From NCBI GenBank assembly GCA_963822445.1, contig CAWGHO010000002.1, forward strand, positions 640,001 through 704,000: a stretch of DNA of 64,000 nt, given 5' to 3'. This stretch comes from an uncultured Acidobacteriota bacterium (GTDB taxonomy: Bacteria; Acidobacteriota; Thermoanaerobaculia; Gp7-AA8). A program made the position numbers and the translations under genes. This document shows, piece by piece, positions 8,061 to 18,769 of this stretch. How positions within the stretch are numbered: the stretch's first letter is position 1; each line of letters starts with the position of its first letter. Below the pieces are notes generated by a model, which did no database searches, had not been told where the DNA came from, and saw only the letters and a program-made list of their open reading frames with translations.

Positions 8061-11000
8061 CTACCTGTCGTTTGCGATTTCCACGAACTCGTAAATGTAA
8101 TTGCCCGTTCCCAGCGCGTCGGAGAACTCGCTGATGAACGCGCCCTTGTTGCAGGGCGCGGGGGCGCCGCTGCCGGGGTTGGCGGTGCTCGAGGCGGCGC
8201 GGGTCCAGTTCGACGATGTGTTCGGGTTGCCACAGCCGTTTGTGCGGCGCAGGCTCTCGCCTCCGGCGCTGGCCATGGCCACGGTCAGGCCGTCCACGCG
8301 CGTATTCGAAGCATTGCGCAGGTCATACGTCTCGCTGCCGTTGATCTGGGGCATGGTGTCCGCGGCGTTGAGGTAGATGACGTTCGCGCCGAGGGTCACG
8401 CCCCAGAAGGTCTGGAACTGCGCCTTGGTGGCGTTGCGCCCGATGACGAGATAGCCACGCGAGGGGATGATCGTGTTCGACGGGATGATGTAAGTCAGCG
8501 CGGCGTTGGCCTGCACGATCCGGTATCCGCTGACGTTGAACGGCGTGCCGTTGCTGACGGTGACACTGATGCTCGTCGAGCTGCCGATGTTGTTCGCCGC
8601 GTCGTAGGCCTTCGCTTGAATCGAGTGCGCGCCATTCGTCGCGGTCGCGGTGTCCCAGCTCCAGGCGTACGGCGAGGTCGTGTCGGTCGACTTCAGCACT
8701 CCATCCAGCCAGAACTCGACCTTCGTCACGCCGACGTTGTCGCTGGCACTGGCGGTGACGCTGACCACCGAGCTGACCGTGGCGCCATTCGCCGGGGCGG
8801 TGATCGAGGTCGTAGGCGGCGTGGTGTCATTGCTGACCGTCACGTTCACCGTCGCCGACGTCCCGACGTTGTTCGCCGCGTCGTAAGCCTTCGACTGCAG
8901 CGAGTGCGCGCCGTTCGTCGCGCTGAGCGTGTTCCAGCTCCAGGCATACGGCGAGGACGTGTCGGTCGACTGCAGCGCGCCATCGAGCCAGAACTCGACC
9001 TTCGTCACGGCCACGTTGTCGCTCGCGGACGCGGTCACGCTGACTGCGCTGGAGACGATGGCGCCGTTCGCCGGGGCGGTGATCGAAGTCGCCGGCGCGG
9101 TCGTGTCGCCGGCAGGCGCGGAGTCGTTGTGCAGCTCGATGAACTCGTAGATGTAGTTGCCGGTGCCGCTGGCGTCGGAGTGCTCATTGATCTTCACGCC
9201 GCCGCCGCAACCCGCACCCGCGCCACTGCCCGGATTCGAGGAAGCCTCGGTGAGCGTGTTCCAGGTCGAGCCGCACGGATCGACGCGCTGCACGGTGCGC
9301 GCGGCGGTCGCCGGCTGCGACGCGGTCGGGCCATCGCGCAGAACTGCCGACGCGTTGTAGAGCGAGTAGTTCTCATCGCCGTTGATCACCGGCATGCCGC
9401 CGGCGGAGTTGATGAAGATCGTGTTCGCCGGAAGCGTGACGCCCCAGAACCCTTCGAACGCGGCCTTGTCGGCCTGGCGGGCGATGACGAGGTAGCCATC
9501 CGCGGGGATGACCGTGCCGGCCGGGATGACGTACTCGTAGATCGCGTTGGCCTGCGTGACTTTCCAGCCCGACACGTCAGCGCTCGAGCCACCGCCGCCG
9601 CCGTTGCTCACGGTGATGCTGATCGCGGCCGAGGTCGCGCTGTTGTTCGCGGCGTCGAAGGCTTTCGAAGTCAGCACATGAGGGCCATTCGCGGCGCCGA
9701 TCGTGTTCCAGCTCCATTCGTATGGGGCGGAGGTGTCGGTCGATTGCACGACGCCGTCGAGCAGGAACTGAACGCTGGTGACGCCGACGTTGTCTGTGGC
9801 GCTGGCGGTGACGTTGACCGTTGCGGAAACAATGACTCCGATCGCCGGCGACGTGATCGCGGTCACCGGCGGTGTGGTGTCGCCGCCGCCGCTCGTGTAG
9901 GTGATCCACATCGGCGCGGACCAGAGGTCATGTCCATCGGCCTGCACGGCGTGCACGAAGTAGTAGTACGTGCCCGAAGTCAGCGATTCATTCAGCGTGG
10001 CCGAGGAGCCGGAGAAGGTCGCGAATGGCGCGGGCGGAACGCCGCCGCCGATCTGGCCGCGCCAGATCTCGAGCGTGGAGACCGACTCGCCATCGGGATC
10101 GTAGACGTTGGCCACGATCGACGCGCCGCCCGCGGAGTTGAAGATGTCGCCCATCACCTGCGACCCGTCCGCCGTCCGGAACACGAGCTGCGCATTCGGA
10201 TCCTCGGACGCATAGAAATGCCGGGCCTTGTGCGCGGCGAGCAGCGCGGCCTTGCTCAGCGACGGCGCGAGATAGACCGTGCGCGTCGGCAAAGCCATGC
10301 CGTAGTTGTTGCAATGCGAGTCGTGATCGGCGACCGGTCCGACGTGGAAACCTTTGTTCAGCGCTTCCTTCCAGCGCAGCGCAGTAGTCGGTCGAGCCGA
10401 CGTTCGCGTTCGCGCAGTCCTCGGCCGTCGAGAAAGCCAGGCCGCTGCGAACGGCGATGCCCTGGATCGCCTCGTCCGCGTCAGCGTTGAACGCGTAGTT
10501 GTCGAACTCGCCGGTCGCGGGATGGTTGAGGATGCCCAGCGCGCCGGCGCTGGAGGGATTCTCGACCGAGCGTCTGTACAGGGTGAGGTAGCCGTAGCGC
10601 TTCGGCGTGAAGACGTCGAAGTAGCAGTTCGTGCCGGGCGTGCATTCGGCGCTCGGACCGTTGCAGGTGCTGCACGTTTCCCAGCCGAAGAGCGCCGGCG
10701 TCTCGAGCAACGTGACGTGGCCCTGATCGCCGTTCGTGCTGACGCCCCATTCCATTCCGTAGATCGCGACGAACGAGCCGTTGACCGTTGCTGCATTCGC
10801 GGCCGCGAGTCCGTCCTGATACCGCTGGCGCACCTTGGTCTCGGTGACCGGCGGGTTGTTGTTCGCGATCGCGTCCTGAATGAGGTGGTTGTGCTCGTTC
10901 ACGACCCAGAAATCGAGACCGGCCGTGCTCCGCGCGTAGCCGAAGACGTCGGCCGGCGCGAACGTGCCGCTGCCGTACGCGTTGCCGGAGTTGCACGCGC

Positions 11001-11655
11001 CGGTCGGATGTCCGCCGTCGGACCAATTCGAATGCGCGTGCGTGGAGCCGTAATAGAAGTTGTACGCGAAGCCCGATTCGAGGGGCGTGTTCTGCTGGAC
11101 CTGGCAACTGGTCGCATTCGCGCTGATGCGCAGGCCTGATGAGGCGACTTCGGTCAGGTCGTAGTTGACGATTACTTCGTCGCTCGATGCGAGTGCTTCT
11201 TCGTAGCCGTCGAACGCCGCGTCGTAGGTCCGCGCGCGCAGTGGACGCGGGCCGAAGTAGCGGGCGACGAAGGTGTAGCGATAGCGGCCCGCGGGGACGA
11301 GCTGACCGCTGTCGTCGCGGCCATCCCACCAGAGCTCCGCGAGGGCCGCGCCTTCGGTGCCGATGTGCGCGCGTCCATCGACAGTGAGCACGCGCGTGCC
11401 GTCGCTGACGCGCTCGATGCGCAGTTGCCAGAGCGCGGGGCCGAAGCGGCCTTCGTACGCGGCGCGCTGGTACGAGAGGATCGAGAAGAGGCGGACCGTG
11501 CCGAGGTCGCCGGTGTGGGCGGGGGAGAACTGGTAGGCGCTCGCGCCGACCGCGGCGATGAAATCGGCATCGCAGTCGTCGTATTCGGAGGCGCAGAGGA
11601 TCGACGGGGTAACCAGGCAGACGAACACCAGGAGCGCGCGAGCAAACAGCCTCAT
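8061..11655 (-). pseudogene. Large secreted PHP-family (CehA/McbA-like) metallohydrolase with FlgD-Ig, three bacterial Ig (Big) and two lamin-tail-like domains; one frameshift near 10382
   Basis: First frame (start MRLFARALL at 11655) gives the signal peptide, WDGRDDSGQLVPAGRY, YGSTHAHSNWSDG and GLDFWVVNEHNH. Second frame continues WKEALNKGFHVGPVADHDSH, the DTTPP..ASDNVGVTKVEF repeats and INEHSD..YEFIEL. Removing one base after GACTAC joins them. Could be an assembly error. Confidence 0.75.
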
Positions 11656-11703
11656 CAATTGCCTCCGAAATTGGTTACTTAAATGTGAGAGGGAAATCCT
11701 ACC

Positions 11704-11739
11704 AAAAAAACACGGGGCGTCGCAATTGCGACGCCCCGT
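11704..11739 (-). terminator. Intrinsic terminator after the S8 protease
   Basis: ACGGGGCGTCGC-AATT-GCGACGCCCCGT stem followed on the minus strand by G and seven T. Confidence 0.85.
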
Positions 11740-11788
11740 TCTCTCCGCATCGCGCACCGGCAGGTTGCGCGCTCCGCAGAGATTCCCT

Positions 11789-13513
11789 TTACTTGAGCGG
11801 AAAGTACTGCTGCACCGTGAAGGTGTAGCTCTGCACGGTGTTGATCCAGCCGCGGGCCAGCGCGCGCCACGCGCCGGTCTGCGGGTAATCGATGGCCACG
11901 CCTTCCCGCGCGGCCATGGAGAGTGCCTGAATGTCCTGCGAATTCGCGACGTCGACCCAGGTGCCGTTCTCATCGCGCTGCAGGTACAGATCGAGATCGT
12001 GTGCGTACTGGTCCCAGAAAAGCTTCGCGTCGAGGAACACCGCATTCGGAGCAACCTCGAACGCATGCGCAACCTCGGAAACCGGGTTGTATGCGCCGAC
12101 CGCCGGCAGCAGCGTGCCGGTTCCACGGGTCTCGACGACGTAGACCTGCATGGTCTTGCCCGTGCGCGGATCGCGGTACGCCTTGACGCTCTTGATTCCT
12201 CTGGCCTGCTCCACCGCGGCGTAGGCGTTGATCATCCCCGCGCCGACCGCCCACGGCTCGTACCCGGGCATCGGCGTCGCGGTGTTGACGATGATCCGCT
12301 TCGCGAGATCGGGGGTCATGTCCGCGCGGGTCTGGTAAAGCAGGGCAACGACGCCGGCCACGTGCGGACAGGCCATCGATGTTCCGCTCATGTGCGTGTA
12401 GTAGGGAATCCATTCCGGCTGGATGTTGGCGTCGAGGTCCGCGCCCAGCGGCGGAAGGACGGTGTTCGGTGCGCGTGCGGCGACGATGTCCGTGCCAGGC
12501 GCGGTGATGTGCGGCCGGACGAGATCATCCTGATAGCGGCCGCGCGACGAGCTGTTGCTCAGCGTCGTTCCATCTTTGTATCCGTTGGCGACGCCGATGA
12601 CCCACGGCGCGATCGAGTACGGATTCATCGTGTCCGTGCCCGGGCCGGAATTGCCGGCGGCGAAGACGACGGTCATGCCCGCGTCGGCCGCTACCTTCGA
12701 AGCCTGGTTGATGGGATCGTTCGGATCGAACGCTTCTCCGGGCTCCATCGTGCTGCCCCAGGAGTTGGAGATGACTTTGATGTTGTATTTCGACCGGTTG
12801 CTGATCGCATAGTCGAAGCCCTCCAGCGCGTAGAAGATGAAGAGCGTGTCGCCGGTGCCGATGCCGACGAGATGCGAGCCCGGTGCGACGCCGGCGTAGT
12901 AGCCGCCGGACGCCGCACCGGAGCCGGCGGCGGTGCTCGCGCAGTGCGTGCCGTGACCGCTGGAGGTATCGGAGTTCGGCAGGTTCTCGATGACCTGCAC
13001 GATCGCCGAGCCGGTCGGAGAATCTTCCGCACTCGCGCCGAGGATCTTCACGTTCTGCACGACCTTCGTGCCGAACTTCAGATCGGGATGGGTCGCGTCG
13101 ATGCCGCTGTCGATGACGGCGATGCCGATGCCTTTGCCGTCGATGCCGAGCTGGGACTTCGCGCGATCGGCGCCGATCAGAGCAACCGATTCGTGCAGGA
13201 AGTACTGGAGCTGCTCATCGAGGTAGAGCGATTTGAGGCCGGGGATGCCGAGGAGCCGGGTGACGCCGGCGGCGTTGGTCTCGACCAGCGCCATCGGGAG
13301 CGATTTCAGGAACTGGCTGCGGGAAGTCACCGAGCTGACCAGGGAGCGGTCGAGGGCGGTGGGAACGTGATCGAAGGTGGCGATGACCCGGAGCGGGGCG
13401 GTCGAGGGGGCCGCCAGCCGGGCTTTGAGGTCCGGATCGAGAATCTGGGCCTGCAGAGGAAGAGAAAAAATTGCTGCTACGACGACGAAAAGTGAGCCTG
13501 CCAAGCGTTTCAT
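11789..13513 (-). CDS. Secreted S8 subtilisin-like serine protease (AprX-like)
   Basis: Catalytic motifs IAVIDSG, GHGTH and SGTSMACPHVAG, oxyanion AAGNSG, signal peptide and propeptide. Confidence 0.95.
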   Translation of the reverse strand: MKRLAGSLFVVVAAIFSLPLQAQILDPDLKARLAAPSTAPLRVIATFDHVPTALDRSLVSSVTSRSQFLKSLPMALVETNAAGVTRLLGIPGLKSLYLDEQLQYFLHESVALIGADRAKSQLGIDGKGIGIAVIDSGIDATHPDLKFGTKVVQNVKILGASAEDSPTGSAIVQVIENLPNSDTSSGHGTHCASTAAGSGAASGGYYAGVAPGSHLVGIGTGDTLFIFYALEGFDYAISNRSKYNIKVISNSWGSTMEPGEAFDPNDPINQASKVAADAGMTVVFAAGNSGPGTDTMNPYSIAPWVIGVANGYKDGTTLSNSSSRGRYQDDLVRPHITAPGTDIVAARAPNTVLPPLGADLDANIQPEWIPYYTHMSGTSMACPHVAGVVALLYQTRADMTPDLAKRIIVNTATPMPGYEPWAVGAGMINAYAAVEQARGIKSVKAYRDPRTGKTMQVYVVETRGTGTLLPAVGAYNPVSEVAHAFEVAPNAVFLDAKLFWDQYAHDLDLYLQRDENGTWVDVANSQDIQALSMAAREGVAIDYPQTGAWRALARGWINTVQSYTFTVQQYFPLK

Positions 13514-13592
13514 GTGATGCTTTTTGCGCCTCCTGCCGTGGTAGCAGTACTACCAGCAAATCTTCTGCCAGCCTGTTGGTAGGGGCACCACC

Positions 13593-13621
13593 TTGACGGC
13601 TTTCGACCATCGACGTAGGCT
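13593..13621 (+). promoter_or_regulatory. Sigma70-type promoter of the TetR gene, probably leaderless
   Basis: TTGACG (13593-98), 17 nt, TAGGCT (13616-21), 8 nt, then the GTG start; no SD sequence. Confidence 0.6.
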
Positions 13622-13629
13622 GCCTGAAC

Positions 13630-14250
13630 GTGACCGTCCCGGAAGCCGATCTCACCCAAACCTCCAGAGGACGCCTGCTCACCGCGGGCAAAACGCTGTT
13701 CGCGAAGAGCGGCTACGAGCAGACCTCGACCGCCGCGATCGCGCGCGAAGCCGGCAGCTCGGAATCGCAGTTGATCCGCTACTTCGGCGGCAAAGCGGGG
13801 CTGCTCGAGGCGATCTTCAACGAGTCATGGAAGTCGCTGAATGAGGTCGTCGAGGACCACATCGCCAGCGCCGCTCACGGCCGCGACGCCATCCTCAAGC
13901 TGCTGGTGATGATGATCCAGGCCTTCAGCCTCGATCACGACATCGCCTTCCTCTTCCTCTTCGAAGGACGGCGCATGCGCAGCGGCTCCCACGAAGTGAT
14001 CATCTCCAGCGGCTTCACCAGGTTCATGGAAGTGGTGAACGCGATGATCGAGAAGGGCCGCGCAGACGGCTCGTTCCGCACGGACATCCAACCGGCCGTG
14101 CTCTCTTCAGCAATGCTCGGCTGCGCCGAAGGAATGATCCGCGACCGCGTCCTCGCCGAACGGAACAACAAGCCGAATCCGTTCGAAGACGACGATATCT
14201 ATCGGACGTTCACGGCGATGGTGAACGGGCTCGCTCCGCTCGCCCAGTAA
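13630..14250 (+). CDS. TetR/AcrR family transcriptional regulator
   Basis: N-terminal HTH LFAKSGYEQTSTAAIAREAG..LIRYFGGKAGLL; C-terminal GRADGSFRTD. Confidence 0.92.
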   Translation: MTVPEADLTQTSRGRLLTAGKTLFAKSGYEQTSTAAIAREAGSSESQLIRYFGGKAGLLEAIFNESWKSLNEVVEDHIASAAHGRDAILKLLVMMIQAFSLDHDIAFLFLFEGRRMRSGSHEVIISSGFTRFMEVVNAMIEKGRADGSFRTDIQPAVLSSAMLGCAEGMIRDRVLAERNNKPNPFEDDDIYRTFTAMVNGLAPLAQ

Positions 14251-14689
14251 TGAGTAATGAGTGATGAGTGAGTCTCATTACAGCGGTTCGTGTCCGGTGC
14301 AGCGGCCGAGCTAGACGACATTGCGCTCGGCGCGTTCCTCTTGGCGCCACCATTCGAGGATTTTCGTGGCGACGGCGATATCTGACGCGTCGTCTTCGAC
14401 GAGCCCCATGGCGCCCGTCCGGCAGTAGCGCAGATGCGCCGCGAGGTCTTCCACGGTTTCGCCTCGCTGAAGGAGGCCAACGATGTGAGGCGCGTAGTTG
14501 TCGTACTCGTCCGGAGGTAGGCCGTCGGCGACAAGATCGTCGGTAACGCCGATCGGATCCCACTCCCGCAGGAACTTCTCGACCTCGCGAATCTGTCTCA
14601 TCGTGCGTCGTTTTCTCTCGTCCATGTCGTCTAACTCAGACCTCATTGATGAGGCATGAGTGAAGCAACTCATCACTCATCCCTCATAC
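14248..14689. repeat. Inverted tandem-heptamer arms (TRATGAG / CTCATCM) bracketing a small gene
   Basis: TAATGAG TAATGAG TGATGAG at 14248-14268; CTCATCA CTCATCC CTCATAC at 14669-14689. Same unit as the empty hairpin at 55352-55437. Confidence 0.7.
14311..14625 (-). CDS. Small helical hypothetical protein (DUF1871-like, WDPIG...DEYD)
   Basis: 104 aa from MDERK, with a WDPIGV...PDEYDNY motif. Family assignment is tentative. Confidence 0.6.
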   Translation of the reverse strand: MDERKRRTMRQIREVEKFLREWDPIGVTDDLVADGLPPDEYDNYAPHIVGLLQRGETVEDLAAHLRYCRTGAMGLVEDDASDIAVATKILEWWRQEERAERNVV

Positions 14690-14693
14690 CTTT

Positions 14694-17162
14694 TCACTCG
14701 AACGAGTGCGCAAAGTTCCCGATCACGGCCGGCTTGATTCCCCAGATGTCCCGCGCGTACTCGGCGACGGTCCGGTCGGATGAGAACTTGCCCATGCGGG
14801 CGATGTTGAGCACCGACTTTTTCAGCCAGGCGTTGCGGTCGGTGTAGGCGAGATCGACGTTCCGCTGGGCTTCGACGTACGCGGGGAGGTCGGCGAGGTG
14901 CACGTACTCGTCGCGCGTCGACAGGAGCTTCGCGACGATGGGGCGGAAGATGTCCTTGTCCCCTCGCGAGAAATGTCCGGAGGAGATCGAGTCGACGGCG
15001 CGGCGCATCCAGCGATGCTCGTGCAGGTAACGCTGCGGGTCGTACCCGTCGGTCATCAGCGTCTCGACCTGATCCGCCTCCATTCCGAAGATGAAGATGT
15101 TCTCCTCCCCCACCTCGTCGCGGATCTCGATATTCGCGCCATCGAGCGTGCCGATCGTGAGGGCGCCGTTCAGAGCCAGCTTCATGTTGCCGGTGCCCGA
15201 CGCTTCTTTCCCCGCCGTGGAAATCTGCTCGGAGAGCTCGGCCGCCGGCATGATCGCCTCGGCCAGCGTCACGCGGTAATCAGGCAGATACACGACGCGC
15301 AGCCAGTCCCGCGACCGCGGATCGGCATTCACCACCTCGGCGATCGAGTGAATGAGCTTGATGATCAGCTTCGCCATCCAGTAGCCCGGCGCGGCCTTGC
15401 CGGCGAAGATGACCGTGCGCGATTGAATGGGCTTGGTCCGATCTTCGATCAGCTCCCAGTAGCGTTGAATGACATGCAGCGCGTTCAGAAGCTGCCGCTT
15501 GTATTCGTGAATGCGCTTCACCTGCACGTCGAACATCGATCGCGGATCGACGGTCACGCCGGTCAGTTCCTTCGTGAGCTTCGCCAGGGCGACCTTGTTC
15601 CGCCGCTTGACCGTATCGAGACGCTCGAGCAGCGCGGGATCATCCGCGAACAGCTCCAGCTCGCGCAGGCGATCGAGGTCCGTGACCCATTCGTCGCCGA
15701 TGGTTTTCGTGATCAACGACGCGAGCGGACGGTTCGCATGCAGCAGCCAGCGCCGCGGCGTCACGCCGTTCGTCTTGTTGTTGAAGCGCTCCGGATACAG
15801 ACGGAAAAAACCGGGCGCGAGCGATGTCGTGACGAGCTTCGAGTGCAATTCGGCGACACCATTGACCGAGTGACTGCCGGTCATGGCCAGGTTGGCCATG
15901 CGCACGTCGCCCTCGGCCAGAATCGAAACGTCATGCTGCATGGCGATGTCGCCGGGAAAGCGCCGCTCCACTTCCGCGAGCAGGCGGCGGTTGATCTCCT
16001 GAATGATCTGCACGTGCCGCGGCAGCACGCGTTGCATCAGTTCGAACGGCCACTTCTCCAGCGCCTCGGGCAGAAGCGTGTGATTCGTGTAGCCGCAGGT
16101 GCCGACGGTGAGTGCCCACGCTTCCTCCCACGGCATCCGCTCTTCGTCCACGAACACGCGCATGAGCTCCGCGATGGTCAGCGCGGGATGGGTGTCGTTC
16201 AGTTGAATGGCGGTCTTCGCGGCGAGCTCGCGGAAGGACTCGTGCGTCTGGCGGTAACGCTTGAGGATGTCGCGGACGGCGCAGGCAACGAGGAAGTACT
16301 CCTGCAGCAGCCGCAGCTCGCGTCCGGCGGCGACGGTGTCCGAGGGATACAGGACTTTGGAGATCGACTCGCCGGTGATCTTGTCCTGTACCGCGCGGAT
16401 GTAATCGCCGGAGTTGAAGATGCCGATGTCGAACTGATCGGACGCGCGCGCGGAGAAGAGCCGCAACACGTTCACGGTGCGGCCGCCGTATCCGACGATG
16501 GGCATGTCGTGCGGCACGCCGACGATCACTTTGAAATCGACCCACTTCGGCGAATACACACCGCCCTCGGTCGCATGCGCGATGGAGCCATAAACCGGAA
16601 TCTCGACCGCCTCGTCGATCCGCTCGATCAGCCAGGGCGATCCGCCGTCGAGCCAGTGATCGGGCTTCTCGTGCTGATAGCCGTTGATGAAGTTCTGGCG
16701 GAAGAGACCGAACTCGTAGTTGATGCCGTAGCCGAAGCCGGGCATGTCCAGCGTCGCCAGTGAATCGAGGAAGCAGGCCGCGAGGCGGCCCAGGCCACCG
16801 TTGCCGAGGGCCGCGTCGGGCTCGAAGGATTCCAGCTCTTCGAAGTCGGCGCCGAGCTCGGAGACGACGCTCCGGGCCTCGTCGTACAGGCCGAGGTTGG
16901 AGAGGTTGTTCCCGAGGGCGCGGCCCATGAGGAACTCCATGGAGAGGTAGTAAAGGCGCTTGGCGTCCTGCTCGCGATATCGGCGCTCGCTCTCCCGCAT
17001 GGCGTCGAGCGCGGGCCGGCGCACGGCCGCGGCCAGAGCGTGCAGTTGTTCGCGGTGCGAGGCCTCGCTCCAGACCCGGCCTTTCGCGAACCGGAGGAAC
17101 GACTCGATGCCCTCGCGCAGATGCACGTGCCCGCGGGAGGTGTTGCTGTCGGTACTGCGCAT
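14694..17162 (-). CDS. glgP: Glycogen/alpha-glucan phosphorylase
   Basis: LGNGGLGRLAACFLDS, QLNDTHP, QVKRIHEYKRQ and the PLP-lysine motif EASGTGNMK. Confidence 0.97.
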   Translation of the reverse strand: MRSTDSNTSRGHVHLREGIESFLRFAKGRVWSEASHREQLHALAAAVRRPALDAMRESERRYREQDAKRLYYLSMEFLMGRALGNNLSNLGLYDEARSVVSELGADFEELESFEPDAALGNGGLGRLAACFLDSLATLDMPGFGYGINYEFGLFRQNFINGYQHEKPDHWLDGGSPWLIERIDEAVEIPVYGSIAHATEGGVYSPKWVDFKVIVGVPHDMPIVGYGGRTVNVLRLFSARASDQFDIGIFNSGDYIRAVQDKITGESISKVLYPSDTVAAGRELRLLQEYFLVACAVRDILKRYRQTHESFRELAAKTAIQLNDTHPALTIAELMRVFVDEERMPWEEAWALTVGTCGYTNHTLLPEALEKWPFELMQRVLPRHVQIIQEINRRLLAEVERRFPGDIAMQHDVSILAEGDVRMANLAMTGSHSVNGVAELHSKLVTTSLAPGFFRLYPERFNNKTNGVTPRRWLLHANRPLASLITKTIGDEWVTDLDRLRELELFADDPALLERLDTVKRRNKVALAKLTKELTGVTVDPRSMFDVQVKRIHEYKRQLLNALHVIQRYWELIEDRTKPIQSRTVIFAGKAAPGYWMAKLIIKLIHSIAEVVNADPRSRDWLRVVYLPDYRVTLAEAIMPAAELSEQISTAGKEASGTGNMKLALNGALTIGTLDGANIEIRDEVGEENIFIFGMEADQVETLMTDGYDPQRYLHEHRWMRRAVDSISSGHFSRGDKDIFRPIVAKLLSTRDEYVHLADLPAYVEAQRNVDLAYTDRNAWLKKSVLNIARMGKFSSDRTVAEYARDIWGIKPAVIGNFAHSFE

Positions 17163-17290
17163 GGTTCGTTAGTTTATGCCGCGCGAAGACGCGGCATCTC
17201 CCGGTTATACCGCGACAGCCCGAACTTGGGCGGAGACCGTCGCCGCGCACGGAGTGATCCCGCGTCTTCGCGCGGGATAAACTGTGCGCG

Positions 17291-18745
17291 TTGGTCCCTT
17301 CCATTTCCATTCGCAAGGTCGCCGTGTGCGTCGCGGTTGCGGCGCTGCTCCTCTTTCTGCCCGTGAAAGGCGACTTCACCCACGCCGTGCGATTCACGGC
17401 GTTCACCGGGCTGCTGATGGCGTTGCTGTGGCTGACCGAGGCCATGCCGATGGGGATGACGGCGCTGATTCCGCTCATCGCCTTTCCCCTCGCCGGCGTG
17501 AACAGCATGGAGAAAACCGCGGCGCCTTACGCCAACTCCGCGGTGTTCCTGTTCATGGGCGGCTTCCTGGTGGCGTCGACCTTCGAGCGATGGGGACTGC
17601 ACCGGCGGATGGCGCATTTCGCATTGGTCCGCGTGGGCACGGAGCCGCGGCGGATCGTGCTGGCGGTGATCATCGTGACGGCGTTTCTGTCGATGTGGAT
17701 GTCGAACACGGCCACCACGCTGATGATGACGCCCATCGCCGTGGCCATCGTGGGCGGTCTGGGCACGAGCAGCGATCGCACCGCGGAAGCGACTCTGCTC
17801 GGCGTCGCCTACGCGGCATCCCTCGGTGGCATCGGCACGCCGATCGGCACGCCGACCAATCTGATCTTCCTCGGCGCCGCGCGCGAGCTCTTTCCGCTGG
17901 AGAAGACCGTCACCTTCGCGCAGTGGATGATGTTCGGCGTCGCCTATCTGATTCTGCTGGTCCCTGTCTGCTGGCTGCTCGTGATTTACGTGGCGAAAGT
18001 GCCGAAAGGCGCGGCGGTCCCGATCGACCAACTCGGCATCGAGAAGCCGGGCTTCATGAGCCGGCCGGAGAAAACGGCTCTGATCCTCTGCGCGGCGACG
18101 GCGTTGCTCTGGATCTTCCGCGCGAACATCGACCTCGGCGCGTGGACCATTCCCGGATGGTCCAGCATCTTCCCCGTCGCCAAGAACATCAACGACGCGA
18201 CGGTGGCCGTGGCCATGGCCATCCTCGCGTTTCTGCTGCCTGTCGGCGGAGAAAAACGGCTGCTGGAGTGGGAGGAGTTCAAGCGCATTCCCTGGGATGT
18301 GCTGATTCTCTTCGGCGGCGGATTCGCGCTCGCGGACGCGCTCGAGTCCAGCGGATTTTCGAAGTGGGCTGGAGCGCGATTGTCGTTCGTGGGCCAGTGG
18401 GCGCCGGTGCTGATGATCATCGCCATCTGCATCGTGGTGACGATGCTTTCCGAAGTTGCTTCGAACGTGGCGACGGCGACGGCGATGATGCCCATCGCGG
18501 CCGCGCTGGCGACCTCGATCGGCGTGCACCCGTACTTTCTGATGATTCCGGCCGTGCTCGCGGCGTCGTCGGGATTCATGCTGCCGGTAGCGACCGCGCC
18601 GAACACGATCGTCTACGCGACCGGTCACGTGCGCGTGAAAGCGATGGCGCGAACGGGCCTGCTGCTCGATCTCGCGGCGGCGCTGGTGATCACCTTCCTG
18701 ATCTTCACCGTCGTGCCGTGGGCCACCGGAATCGTGATGCCGTGA
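17291..18745 (+). CDS. SLC13/DASS family Na+:dicarboxylate or sulfate symporter
   Basis: LSMWMSNTAT, GTPIGTPTN, SNVAT and MLPVATAPN motifs; many transmembrane segments; start uncertain. Confidence 0.92.
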   Translation: MVPSISIRKVAVCVAVAALLLFLPVKGDFTHAVRFTAFTGLLMALLWLTEAMPMGMTALIPLIAFPLAGVNSMEKTAAPYANSAVFLFMGGFLVASTFERWGLHRRMAHFALVRVGTEPRRIVLAVIIVTAFLSMWMSNTATTLMMTPIAVAIVGGLGTSSDRTAEATLLGVAYAASLGGIGTPIGTPTNLIFLGAARELFPLEKTVTFAQWMMFGVAYLILLVPVCWLLVIYVAKVPKGAAVPIDQLGIEKPGFMSRPEKTALILCAATALLWIFRANIDLGAWTIPGWSSIFPVAKNINDATVAVAMAILAFLLPVGGEKRLLEWEEFKRIPWDVLILFGGGFALADALESSGFSKWAGARLSFVGQWAPVLMIIAICIVVTMLSEVASNVATATAMMPIAAALATSIGVHPYFLMIPAVLAASSGFMLPVATAPNTIVYATGHVRVKAMARTGLLLDLAAALVITFLIFTVVPWATGIVMP

Positions 18746-18769
18746 TCAGACAAGAGTGTCTGCTCTACG

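Noticed and set aside
10371-10390. Programmed ribosomal frameshift
   Set aside because: No slippery sequence or obvious stimulatory structure; a simple indel is more parsimonious.
5976-10490. 1504-aa plus-strand ORF
   Set aside because: Antisense shadow of three minus-strand genes. It is Arg/Gly-rich with no motifs, as expected in high-GC DNA.
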